Source of the DNA: Eledone cirrhosa
Taxonomy: Eukaryota
Length of the DNA: 64,000 nt
Assembly: GCA_964016885.1 (NCBI GenBank)
Contig: OZ024743.1
Coordinates: 138,260,001 to 138,324,000 of the forward strand
Reading direction: 5' to 3'
Shown here: positions 33,901 to 45,829 of the stretch, piece after piece
Position numbering within the stretch: position 1 is the first letter of the stretch
Layout of the letters: each line of letters starts with the position of its first letter
Notes under the pieces: model-generated
Told to the model about the DNA's origin: nothing
What the model saw: the letters and a program-made list of their open reading frames with translations, nothing else
The model's database searches: none
Position numbers and translations under genes: made by a program

Positions 33901-35426
33901 CTTGGTGTTTGTACTTGGTGCTTGGTGCTTAGTGTTTGGTTCTTGGTTCTTGGTGTTTGGTACTTGGTGCTTGGTGCTTGGTGTTTGGTGCTTGGTGCTT
34001 GGTGTTTGGTGTTTGGTGTTTGGTGCTTGGTGCTTGGTGTTTGGTGCTTGGTGCTTGGTGCTGGGTGGTTGGTATTTGGTGCTTGGTGCTTGGTGTTTGG
34101 TGCTTGGTGCTTGGTGCTTGGTGTTTGGTGCTTGGTGCTTGGTGCTTGGTCTTTGGTGCTTGGTGTTTGGTGTTTGGTGCTTGGTGCTTTGTGTTTGGTG
34201 CTTGGTGATTAGTGTTTGGTGCTTGGTACTTGGTGTTTGGTGCTTGGTGTTTGGTGTTTGCTGTTTGGTGTTTGGTGTTTGGTGTTTGCTGTTTGGTGTC
34301 TGCTTTTTGGTGTTTGGTGTTTGCTGTATGGTGTTTGCTGTTTCGTGTTTGGTGTTTGCTGTTTGGTGTTTGGTGTTTGCTGTTTGGTGTTTGGTCTTTG
34401 GTGCTTGGTGTTTGGTGCTTGGTGCTTGGTGTTTGGTGTTTGGTGCTTGGTGTTTGGTGTTTGGTGCTTGGTGCTTGGTGCTTGGTGTTTGGTGCTTGGT
34501 GTCTGGTGCTTGGTGTCTGGTGCTTGGTGTTTGGTGTTTGGTGTTTGGTGCTTGGTGTTTGGTGTTTGGTGTTTGGTGTTTGGTGCTTGTTGCTTGGTGC
34601 TTGGTGCTTGGTGTTTGGTGCTTGGTGCTTGGTGTTTGGTGCTGGGTGCTTGGTGTTTGGTGCTTGGTGCTTGGTGTTTGGTGTTTGGTGCTTGGTGCTT
34701 GGTGTTTGGTGTTTGGTGTTATATGCTTGGTGTTTGGTGCTTGGTGCTTGGTGTTTGGTGTTTGGTTCTTGATGCTTGGTATTTGGTGCTTGGTGCTTGC
34801 TGCTTGGTGTTTGGTGCTTGGTGATTGATGCTTGGTGTTTGGTGCTTGGTGCTTGGTGTTTGGTTTTTGGTGCTAGGTGCTTGGTGCTTGGTGTTTGGTG
34901 CTTGGTGTTTGGTGTTTGGTGCTTGGTGCTTGGTGTTTGGTACTTGGTGCTTGGTGCTTGGTGTTTGGTGCTTGGTGCTTGGTGTTTGGTGTTTGGTGTT
35001 TGGTACTTGGTGCTTGGTGTTTGGTGCTTGGTGCTGGGTGGTTGGTGTTTGGTGCTTGGTGCTTGGTGTTTTGTGCTAGGTGCATGGTGCCTGGTGTTTG
35101 GTGCTTGGTGCTTGGTGCTTGGTCTTTGGTGTTTGGTGTTTAGTGCTTGGTGCTTGGTGCTTGGTGCTTGGTGCTTGGTGCTTGGTCCTTGGTGTTTGGT
35201 GCTTGGTGCTTGTTGTTTGGTGTTTGGTGCTTGGTGCTTGGTGCTTCGTGTTTGGTGTTTGGTGCTTGGTGTTTGGTGTTTGGTGCTTGGTACTTGGTGT
35301 TTGGTGCTTGGTGTTTGGTGCTTGCTGTTTGGTGTTTGGTGTTTGCTGTTTGCTGTTTGGTGTCTGCTTTTTGGTGTTTGGTGTTTGCTGTTTCGTGTTT
35401 GGTGTTTGCTGTTTGGTGTTTGGTGT
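30956..35426 (+). repeat. Recent near-perfect tandem duplication, period 2253 bp (approx. 30956-33173 and 33209-35426)
   Basis: Identical translations at constant offset 2253: 30994/33247, 31260/33513, 31959/34212, 32572/34825, 32624/34877. TATTAGG occurs at 30988 and 33241. Confidence 0.93.
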
Positions 35427-38400
35427 TTGCTGTTTGGTGTTTGGTCTTTGGTGCTTGGTGTTTGGTGCTTGGTGCTTGGTGTTTGGTGTTTGGTGCTTGG
35501 TGCTTGGTGCTTGGTGTTTGGTGCTTGGTGTCTGGTGCTTGGTGTCTGGTGCTTGGTGTTTGGTGTTTGGTGTTTGGTGCTTGGTGTTTGGTGTTTGGTG
35601 TTTGGTGTTTGGTGCTTGTTGCTTGGTGCTTGGTGCTTGGTGCTTGGTGCTTGGTCCTTGGTGTTTGGTGCTTGGTGCTTGGTGTTTGGTGTTTGGTGCT
35701 TGGTGCTTGGTGCTTCGTGTTTGGTGTTTGGTGCTTGGTGTCTGGAGCTTGGTGTTTGGTGTTTGGTGCTTGGTGTTTGGTGTTTGGTGCTTGGTGCTTG
35801 GTGTTTGGTGCTTGGTGCTTGGTGCTTGGTGTTTGGTGCTTGGTGCTTGGTGCTTGGTCTTTGGTGCTTGGTGTTTGGTGTTTGGTGCTTGCTGCTTTGT
35901 GTTTGGTGCTTGGTGATTAGTGTTTGGTGCTTGGTACTTGGTGTTTGGTGCTTGGTGTTTGGTGTTTGCTGTTTGGTGTTTGGTGTTTGCTGTTTGGTGT
36001 TTGGTGTCTGCTTTTTGTGTTTGGTGTTTGCTGTATGGTGTTTGCTGTTTCGTGTTTGGTGTTTGCTGTTTGGTGTTTGGTCTTTGGTGCTTGGTGTTTG
36101 GTGCTTGGTGCTTGGTGTTTGGTGTTTGGTGCTTGGTGCTTGGTGCTTGGTGTTTGGTGCTTGGTGTCTGGTGCTTGGTGTCTGGTGCTTGGTGTTTGGT
36201 GTTTGGTGTTTGGTGCTTGGTGTTTGGTGTTTGGTGTTTGGTGTTTGGTGCTTGTTGCTTGGTGCTTGGTGCTTGGTGTTTGGTGCTTGGTGCTTGTTGT
36301 TTGGTGCTGGGTGCTTGGTGTTTGGTGCTTGGTGCTTGGTTCTTGGTGTTTGGTGTTTGGTGCTTGGTGCTTGGTGTTTGGTGTTTGGTGTTATATGCTT
36401 GGTGTTTGATGCTTGGTGCTTGGTGCTTGGTGTTTGGTGTTTGGTGCTTGGTGTTTTATGCTTGGTGTTTGATGTTTGGTGCTTGGTGCTTGGTGTTTGG
36501 TGCTTGGTGCTTGGTGTTTCTACTTGGTGCTTGGTGCTTGGTGTTTGGTTCTTGGTTCTTGGTGTTTGGTACTTGGTGCTTGGTGCTTGGTGTTTGGTGC
36601 TTGGTGCTTGGAGTTTGGTGTTTGGTGCTTGGTGCTTGGTGTTTTGTGTTTGGTGTTTGGTTTTTGGTGCTTGGTGCTTGGTGCTTGGTGCTTGGTCCTT
36701 GGTGTTTGGTGCTTGGTGCTTGGTGTTTGTACTTGGTGCTTGGTGCTTGGTGTTTGGTTCTTGGTTCTTGGTGTTTGGTACTTGGTGCTTGGTGCTTGGT
36801 GTTTGGTGCTTGGTGCTTGGTGTTTGGTGTTTGGTGTTTGGTGCTTGGTGCTTGGTGTTTGGTGCTTGGTGCTTGGTGCTGGGTGGTTGGTATTTGGTGC
36901 TTGGTGCTTGGTGTTTGGTGCTTGGTGCTTGGTGCTTGGTGTTTGGGGCTTGGTGCTTGGTGCTTGGTCTTTGGTGCTTGGTGTTTGGTGTTTGGTGCTT
37001 GGTGCTTTGTGTTTGGTGCTTGGTGATTAGTGTTTGGTGCTTGGTACTTGGTGTTTGGTGCTTGGTGTTTGGTGTTTGCTGTTTGGTGTTTGGTGTTTGG
37101 TGTTTGCTGTTTGGTATCTGCTTTTTGCTGTTTGGTGTTTGCTGTATGGTGTTTGCTGTTTCGTGTTTGGTGTTTGCTGTTTGGTGTTTGGTCTTTGGTG
37201 CTTGGTGTTTGGTGCTTGGTGCTTGGTGTTTGGTGTTTGGTGCTTGGTGTTTGGTGTTTGGTGCTTGGTGCTTGGTGCTTGGTGTTTGGTGCTTGGTGTC
37301 TGGTGCTTGGTGTCTGGTGCTTGGTGTTTGGTGTTTGGTGTTTGGTGCTTGGTGTTTGGTGTTTGGTGTTTGGTGTTTGGTGCTTGTTGCTTGGTGCTTG
37401 GTGCTTGGTGTTTGGTGCTTGGTGCTTGGTGTTTGGTGCTGGGTGCTTGGTGTTTGGTGCTTGGTGCTTGGTGTTTGGTGTTTGGTGCTTGGTGCTTGGT
37501 GTTTGGTGTTTGGTGTTATATGCTTGGTGTTTGGTGCTTGGTGCTTGGTGTTTGGTGTTTGGTTCTTGATGCTTGGTATTTGGTGCTTGGTGCTTGCTGC
37601 TTGGTGTTTGGTGCTTGGTGATTGATGCTTGGTGTTTGGTGCTTGGTGCTTGGTGTTTGGTTTTTGGTGCTAGGTGCTTGGTGCTTGGTGTTTGGTGCTT
37701 GGTGTTTGGTGTTTGGTGCTTGGTGCTTGGTGTTTGGTACTTGGTGCTTGGTGCTTGGTGTTTGGTGCTTGGTGCTTGGTGTTTGGTGTTTGGTGTTTGG
37801 TGCTTGGTGCTTGGTGTTTGGTGCTTGGTGCTGGGTGGTTGGTATTTGGTGCTTGGTGCTTGGTGTTTTGTGCTAGGTGCATGGTGCCTGGTGTTTGGTG
37901 CTTGGTGCTTGGTGCTTGGTCTTTGGTGTTTGGTGTTTAGTGCTTGGTGCTTGGTGCTTGGTCCTTGGTGTTTGGTGCTTGGTACTTGGTGTTTGGTGTT
38001 TGGTGCTTGGTGTCTGGAGCTTGGTGTTTGGTGTTTGGTGCTTGGTGTTTGGTGTTTGGTGCTTGGTGCTTGGTGTTTGGTGCTTGGTGCTTGGTGCTTG
38101 GTGTTTGGTGCTTGGTGCTTGGTGCTTGGTCTTTGGTGCTTGGTGTTTGGTGTTTGGTGCTTGGTGCTTTGTGTTTGGTGCTTGGTGATTAGTGTTTGGT
38201 GCTTGGTACTTGGTGTTTGGTGCTTGGTGTTTGGTGTTTGCTGTTTGGTGTTTGGTGTTTGCTGTTTGATGTTTGGTGTCTGCTTTTTGGTGTTTGGTGT
38301 TTGCTGTATGGTGTTTGCTGTTTCGTGTTTGGTGTTTGCTGTTTGGTGTTTGGTGTTTGCTGTTTGGTGTTTGGTCTTTGGTGCTTGGTGTTTGGTGCTT

Positions 38401-39920
38401 GGTGCTTGGTGTTTGGTGTTTGGTGCTTGGTGCTTGGTGCTTGGTGTTTGGTGCTTGGTGTCTGGTGCTTGGTGTCTGGTGCTTGGTGTTTGGTGTTTGG
38501 TGTTTGGTGCTTGGTGTTTGGTGTTTGGTGTTTGGTGTTTGGTGCTTGTTGCTTGGTGCTTGGTGCTTGGTGTTTGGTGCTTGGTGCTTGGTGTTTGGTG
38601 CTGGGTGCTTGGTGTTTGATGCTTGGTGCTTGGTGCTTGGTGTTTGGTGTTTGGTGCTTGGTGTTTTATGCTTGGTGTTTGATGTTTGGTGCTTGGTGCT
38701 TGGTGTTTGGTTCTTGGTGCTTGGTGTTTCTACTTGGTGCTTGGTGCTTGGTTCTTGGTGTTTGGTGCTTGGTGCTTGGTGCTTGGTGCTTGGTGTTTGG
38801 TGCTTGGTGTTTGGTGCTTGGTGTTTGGTGCTTGGTGCCTGGTGCTTGGTGCTTGGTGCTTGGTGTTTGGTGCTTGGTGTTTGGTGCTTGGTATTAGCTG
38901 TTTGGTGCTTGGTGCTTGGTGTTTGGTGTTTGGTGCTTGGTGTTTGGTGCTTGGTGTTTGGTGTTTGGTGCTTGGTGTTTGGTGCTTGGTACTTGGTGCT
39001 TGGTGCTTGGTGTTAGGTGTTTGGTGCTTGGTGCTTGGTGTTTGGTTTTTGGTGCTTGGTGCTTGGTGTTTGGTGTTTGGTGCTTGCTGCTGGCTGCTTG
39101 GTGTTTGGTGCTTGGTGATTGGTGCTTGGTGTTTGGTGCTTGGTGTTTGGTGTTTGGTACTAGGTGCTTGGTGCTTGGTGTTTGGTGCTTGGTGCTTGGT
39201 GTTTGGTGTTTGGTGATTGGTGCTTGGTGTTTGGTGCTTGGTGCTGGGTTCTGGGTGGTTGGTGTTTGGTGCTTGGTGTTTGGTGCTGGGTGCTTGGTGT
39301 TTGGTGCTTGGTGCTTGGTCTTTGGTGTTTGGTGTTTGGTGTTTGGGGCTTGGTGCTTGGTGCTTGGTGTTTGGTGCTTGGTGCTTGGTGTTTGGTGCTT
39401 GGTGCTTAGTGTTTGGTGCTAGGTGCTTGGGGTTTGGTGTTTGGTGCTTGGTGCTTGGTGTTTGGTGCTTGGTGCTTGGTGTTTGGTGTTTGGTGCTTGG
39501 TGCTTGGTGTTTGGTGTTTCCTGTTTGCTGTTTGGTGTTTGGTGTTTGGTGTTTGCTGTTTGGTGTCTGCTTTTTGGTGCTTGGTGCTTGGTGCTTGGTC
39601 TTTGGTGCTTGGTGTTTGGTGTTTGGTGCTTGGTGCTTTGTGTTTGGTGCTTGGTGATTAGTGTTTGGTGCTTGGTACTTGGTGTTTGGTGCTTGGTGTT
39701 TGGTGTTTGCTGTTTGGTGTTTGGTGTTTGCTGTTTGCTGTTTGGTGTCTGCTTTTTGGTGTTTGGTGTTTGCTGTATGGTGTTTGCTGTTTCGTGTTTG
39801 GTGTTTGCTGTTTGGTGTTTGGTGTTTGCTGTTTGGTGTTTGGTCTTTGGTGCTTGGTGTTTGGTGCTTGGTGCTTGGTGTTTGGTGTTTGGTGCTTGGT
39901 GCTTGGTGCTTTGTGTTTGG

Positions 39921-40531
39921 TGCTTGGTGTCTGGTGCTTGGTGCCTGGTGCTTGGTGTTTGGTGTTTGGTGTTTGGTGCTTGGTGTTTGGTGTTTGGTGT
40001 TTGGTGTTTGGTGCTTGTTGCTTGGTGCTTGGTGCTTGGTGTTTGGTGCTTGGTGCTTGGTGTTTGGTGCTGTGTGCTTGGTGTTTGGTGCTTGGTGCTT
40101 GGTGCTTGGTGTTTGGTGTTTGGTGCTTGGTGCTTGGTGTTTGGTGTTTGGTGTTATATGCTTGGTGTTTGATGCTTGGTGCTTGGTGCTTGGTGTTTGG
40201 TGTTTGGTGCTTGGTGTTTTATGCTTGGTGTCTGGTGCTTGGTGTCTGGTGCTTGGTGTTTGGTGTTTGGTGTTTGGTGCTTGGTGTTTGGTGTTTGGTG
40301 TTTGGTGTTTGGTGCTTGTTGCTTGGTGCTTGGTGCTTGGTGTTTGGTGCTTGGTGCTTGGTGTTTGGTGCTGGGTGCTTGGTGTTTGGTGCTTGGTGCT
40401 TGGTGCTTGGTGTTTGGTGTTTGGTGCTTGGTGCTTGGTGTTTGGTGTTTGGTGTTATATGCTTGGTGTTTGATGCTTGGTGCTTGGTGCTTGGTGTTTG
40501 GTGTTTGGTGCTTGGTGTTTTATGCTTGGTG
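39921..40531 (+). repeat. Tandem duplication of 301 bp (43 monomers)
   Basis: The first A of TTATATG is at 40156 and 40457. TTGTTGC occurs at ~40016 and ~40317, and TTTATGC at ~40218 and ~40519. Confidence 0.88.
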
Positions 40532-43500
40532 TTTGATGTTTGGTGCTTGGTGCTTGGTGTTTGGTTCTTGGTGCTTGGTGTTTCTACTTGGTGCTTGGTG
40601 CTTGGTTCTTGGTGTTTGGTGCTTGGTGCTTGGTGCTTGGTGCTTGGTGTTTGGTGCTTGGTGTTTGGTGCTTGGTGTTTGGTGCTTGGTGCCTGGTGCT
40701 TGGTGCTTGGTGCTTGGTGTTTGGTGCTTGGTGTTTGGTGCTTGGTATTAGGTGTTTGGTGCTTGGTGCTTGGTGTTTGGTGTTTGGTGCTTGGTGTTTG
40801 GTGCTTGGTGTTTGGTGTTTGGTGCTTGGTGTTTGGTGCTTGGTACTTGGTGCTTGGTGCTTGGTGTTAGGTGTTTGGTGCTTGGTGCTTGGTGTTTGGT
40901 TTTTGGTGCTTGGTGCTTGGTGTTTGGTGTTTGGTGTTTGGTTTTTGGTGCTTGGTGCTTGGTGCTTGGTGCTTGGTCCTTGGTGTTTGGTGCTTGGTGC
41001 TTGGTGTTTGTACTTGGTGCTTGGTGCTTGGTGTTTGGTTCTTGGTTCTTGGTGTTTGGTACTTGGTGCTTGGTGCTTGGTGTTTGGTGCTTGGTGCTTG
41101 GTGTTTGGTGTTTGGTGTTTGGTGCTTGGTGCTTGGTGTTTGGTGCTTGGTGCTTGGTGTTTGGTGCTTGGTGCTTGGTGCTTGGTGTTTGGTGCTTGGT
41201 GCTTGGTGCTTGGTCTTTGGTGCTTGGTGTTTGGTGTTTGGTGCTTGGTGCTTTGTGTTTGGTGCTTGGTGATTAGTGTTTGGTGCTTGGTACTTGGTGT
41301 TTGGTGCTTGGTGTTTGGTGTTTGCTGTTTGGTGTTTGGTGTTTGCTGTTTGCTGTTTGGTGTCTGCTTTTTGGTGTTTGGTGTTTGCTGTATGGTGTTT
41401 GCTGATTCGTGTTTGGTGTTTGCTGTTTGGTGTTTGGTGTTTGCTGTTTGGTGTTTGGTCTTTGGTGCTTGGTGTTTGGTGCTTGGTGCTTGGTGTTTGG
41501 TGTTTGGTGCTTGGTGTTTGGTGTTTGGTGCTTGGTGCTTGGTGCTTGGTGTTTGGTGCTTGGTGTCTGGTGCTTGGTGTCTGGTGCTTGGTGTTTGGTG
41601 TTTGGTGTTTGGTGCTTGGTGTTTGGTGTTTGGTGTTTGGTGTTTGGTGCTTGTTGCTTGGTGCTTGGTGCTTGGTGTTTGGTGCTTGGTGCTTGGTGTT
41701 TGGTGCTGGGTGCTTGGTGTTTGGTGCTTGGTGCTTGGTGTTTGGTGTTTGGTGCTTGGTGCTTGGTGTTTGGTGTTTGGTGTTATATGCTTGGTGTTTG
41801 GTGCTTGGTGCTTGGTGTTTGGTGTTTGGTTCTTGATGCTTGGTATTTGGTGCTTGGTGCTTGCTGCTTGGTGTTTGGTGCTTGGTGATTGATGCTTGGT
41901 GTTTGGTGCTTGGTGCTTGGTGTTTGGTTTTTTTGTGCTAGGTGCTTGGTGCTTGGTGTTTGGTGCTTGGTGTTTGGTGTTTGGTGCTTGGTGCTTGGTG
42001 TTTGGTACTTGGTGCTTGGTGCTTGGTGTTTGGTGCTTGGTGCTTGGTGTTTGGTGTTTGGTGTTTGGGGCTTGGTGCTTGGTGTTTGGTGCTTGGTGCT
42101 GGGTGGTTGGTGTTTGGTGCTTGGTGCTTGGTGTTTTGTGCTAGGTGCATGGTGCCTGGTGTTTGGTGCTTGGTGCTTGGTGCTTGGTCTTTGGTGTTTG
42201 GTGTTTAGTGCTTGGTGCTTGGTGCTTGGTGCTTGGTGCTTGGTGCTTGGTCCTTGGTGTTTGGTGCTTGGTGCTTGGTGTTTGGTGTTTGGTGCTTGGT
42301 GTCTGGAGCTTGGTGTTTGGTGTTTGGTGCTTGGTGTTTGGTGTTTGGTGCTTGGTGCTTGGTGTTTGGTGCTTGGTGCTTGGTGTTTGGTGTTTCCTGT
42401 TTGCTGTTTGGTGTTTGGTGTTTGGTGTTTGCTGTTTGGTGTCTGCTTTTTGGTGTTTGGTGTTTGCTGTATGTTATTTGCTGTTTGGTGTTTGGTGTTT
42501 GGTGTTTGGTGCTTGGTGCTTGGTGCTTGGTCTTTGGTGCTTGGTGTTTGGTGTTTGGTGCTTGGTGCTTTGTGTTTGGTGCTTGGTGATTAGTGTTTGG
42601 TGCTTGGTACTTGGTGTTTGGGGCTTGGTGTTTGGTGTTTGCTGTTTGGTGTTTGGTGTTTGCTGTTTGATGTTTGGTGTCTGCTTTTTGGTGTTTGGTG
42701 TTTGCTGTATGGTGTTTGCTGTTTCGTGTTTGGTGTTTCGTGTTTGGTGTTTGCTGTTTGGTGTTTGGTGTTTGCTGTTTGGTGTTTGGTCTTTGGTGCT
42801 TGGTGTTTGGTGCTTGGTGCTTGGTGTTTGGTGTTTGGTGCTTGGTGCTTGGTGCTTGGTGTTTGGTGCTTGGTGTCTGGTGGTTGGTGTCTGGTGCTTG
42901 GTGTTTGGTGTTTGGTGTTTGGTGCTTGGTGTTTGGTGTTTGGTGTTTGGTGTTTGGTGCTTGTTGCTTGGTGCTTGGTGCTTGGTGTTTGGTGCTTGGT
43001 GCTTGGTGTTTGGTGCTGGGTGCTTGGTGTTTGGTGCTTGGTGCTTGGTGCTTGGTGTTTGGTGTTTGGTGCTTGGTGCTTGGTGTTTGGTGTTTGGTGT
43101 TATATGCTTGGTGTTTGATGCTTGGTGCTTGGGGCTTGGTGTTTGGTGTTTGGTGCTTGGTGTTTTATGCTTGGTGTTTGATGTTTGGTGCTTGGTGCTT
43201 GGTGTTTGGTGCTTGGTGCTTGGTGTTTCTACTTGGTGCTTGGTGCTTGGTTCTTGGTGTTTGGTGCTTGGTGCTTGGTGCTTGGTGCTTGGTGTTTGGT
43301 GCTTGGTGTTTGGTGCTTGGTGTTTGGTGCTTGGTGCCTGGTGCTTGGTGCTTGGTGCTTGGTGTTTGGTGCTTGGTGTTTGGTGCTTGGTATTAGGTGT
43401 TTGGTGCTTGGTGCTTGGTGTTTGGTGTTTGGTGCTTGGTGTTTGGTGCTTGGTGTTTGGTGTTTGGTGCTTGGTGTTTGGTGCTTGGTACTTGGTGCTT

Positions 43501-45829
43501 GGTGCTTGGTGTTAGGTGTTTGGTGCTTGGTGCTTGGTGTTTGGTTTTTGGTGCTTGGTGCTTGGTGTTTGGTGTTTGGTGCTTGCTGCTGGCTGCTTGG
43601 TGTTTGGTGCTTGGTGTTTGGTGTTTGGTGCTTGCTGCTGGCTGCTTGGTGTTTGGTGATTGGTGATTGGTGCTTGGTGTTTGGTGCTTGGTGTTTGGTG
43701 TTTGGTACTAGGTGTATGGTGCTTGGTGTTTGGTGCTTGGTGCTTGGTGTTTGGTGTTTGGTGATTGGTGCTTGGTGTTTGGTGCTTGGTGCTGGGTTCT
43801 GGGTGGTTGGTGTTTGGTGCTTGGTGTTTGGTGCTGGGTGCTTGGTGTTTGGTGCTTGGTGCTTGGTCTTTGGTGTTTGGTGTTTGGTGTTTGGGGCTTG
43901 GTGCTTGGTGCTTGGTGTTTGGTGCTTGGTGCTTGGTGTTTGGTGCTTGGTGCTTAGTGATTGGTGCTAGGTGCTTGGGGTTTGGTGTTTGGTGCTTGGT
44001 GCTTGGTGTTTGGTGCTTGGTGCTTGGTGTTTGGTGTTTGGTGCTTGGTGCTTGGTGTTTGGTGTTTCCTGTTTGCTGTTTGGTGTTTGGTGTTTGGTGT
44101 TTGCTGTTTGGTGTCTGCTTTTTGGTGTTTGGTGTTTGCTGTATGTTATTTGCTGTTTGGTGTTTGGTGTTTGGTGTTTGGTGCTTGGTGCTTGGTGTTT
44201 GGTGCTTGGTGCTTGGTGTTTGGTGCCTGGTGCTTGGGGCTTGGTGTTTGGTGTTTGGTGCTTTGTGCTTGGAGTTTGGTGTTTGGTGCTTGGTGCTTGG
44301 TGTTTTGTGTTTGGTGTTTGGTTTTTGGTGCTTGGTGCTTGGTGCTTGGTGCTTGGTCCTTGGTGTTTGGTGCTTGGTGCTTGGTGTTTGTACTTGGTGC
44401 TTGGTGCTTGGTGTTTGGTTCTTGGTTCTTGGTGTTTGGTACTTGGTGCTTGGTGTTTGGTGCTTGGTGCTTGGTGTTTGGTGTTTGGTGTTTGGTGCTT
44501 GGTGCTTGGTGTTTGGTGCTTGGTGCTTGGTGCTGGGTGGTTGGTATTTGGTGCTTGGTGCTTGGTGTTTGGTGCTTGGTGCTTGGTGCTTGGTGTTTGG
44601 TGCTTGGTGCTTGGTGCTTGGTCTTTGGTGCTTGGTGTTTGGTGTTTGGTGCTTGGTGCTTTGTGTTTGGTGCTTGGTGATTAGTGTTTGGTGCTTGGTA
44701 CTTGGTGTTTGGTGCTTGGTGTTTGGTGTTTGCTGTTTGGTGTTTGGTGTTTGGTGTTTGCTGTTTGGTGTCTGCTTTTTGGTGTTTGGTGTTTGCTGTA
44801 TGGTGTTTGGTGTTTGGTGTTTGGTGTTTGCTGTTTGGTGTTTGGTGTTTGCTGTTTGGTGTTTGGTCTTTGGTGCTTGGTGTTTGGTGCTTGGTGCTTG
44901 GTGTTTGGTGTTTGGTGCTTGGTGTTTGGTGTTTGGTGCTTGGTGCTTGGTGCTTGGTGTTTGGTGCTTGGTGTCTGGTGCTTGGTGTCTGGTGCTTGGT
45001 GTTTGGTGTTTAGTGTTTGGTGCTTGGTGTTTGGTGTTTGGTGTTTGGTGTTTGGTGCTTGTTGCTTGGTGCTTGGTGCTTGGTGTTTGGTGCTTGGTGC
45101 TTGGTGTTTGGTGCTGGGTGCTTGGTGTTTGGTGCTTGGTGCTTGGTGTTTGGTGTTTGGTGCTTGGTGCTTGGTGTTTGGTGTTTGGTGTTATATGCTT
45201 GGTGTTTGGTGCTTGGTGCTTGGTGTTTGGTGTTTGGTTCTTGATGCTTGGTATTTGGTGCTTGGTGCTTGCTGCTTGGTGTTTGGTGCTTGGTGCTTGG
45301 TGTTTGGTTTTTGGTGCTAGGTGCTTGGTGCTTGGTGTTTGGTGCTTGGTGTTTGGTGTTTGGTGCTTGGTGCTTGGTGTTTGGTACTTGGTGCTTGGTG
45401 CTTGGTGTTTGGTGCTTGGTGCTTGGTGTTTGGTGTATGGTGTTTGGTGCTTGGTGCTTGGTGTTTGGTGCTTGGTGCTGGGTGGTTGGTGTTTGGTGCC
45501 TGGTGCTTGGTGTTTTGTGCTAGGTGCATGGTGCCTGGTGTTTGGTGCTTGGTGCTTGGTGCTTGGTCTTTGGTGTTTAGTGTTTAGTGCTTGGTGCTTG
45601 GTGCTTGGTGCTTGGTGCTTGGTGCTTGGTCCTTGGTGTTTGGTGCTTGGTGCTTGGTGTTTGGTGTTTGGTGCTTGGTGCTTGGTGCTTCGTGTTTGGT
45701 GTTTGGTGCTTGGTGTCTGGAGCTTGGTGTTTGGTGTTTGGTGCTTGGTGTTTGGTGTTTGGTGCTTGGTGCTTGGTGTTTCGTGCTTGGTGCTTGGTGT
45801 TTGTACTTGGTGCTTGGTGCTTGGTGTTT

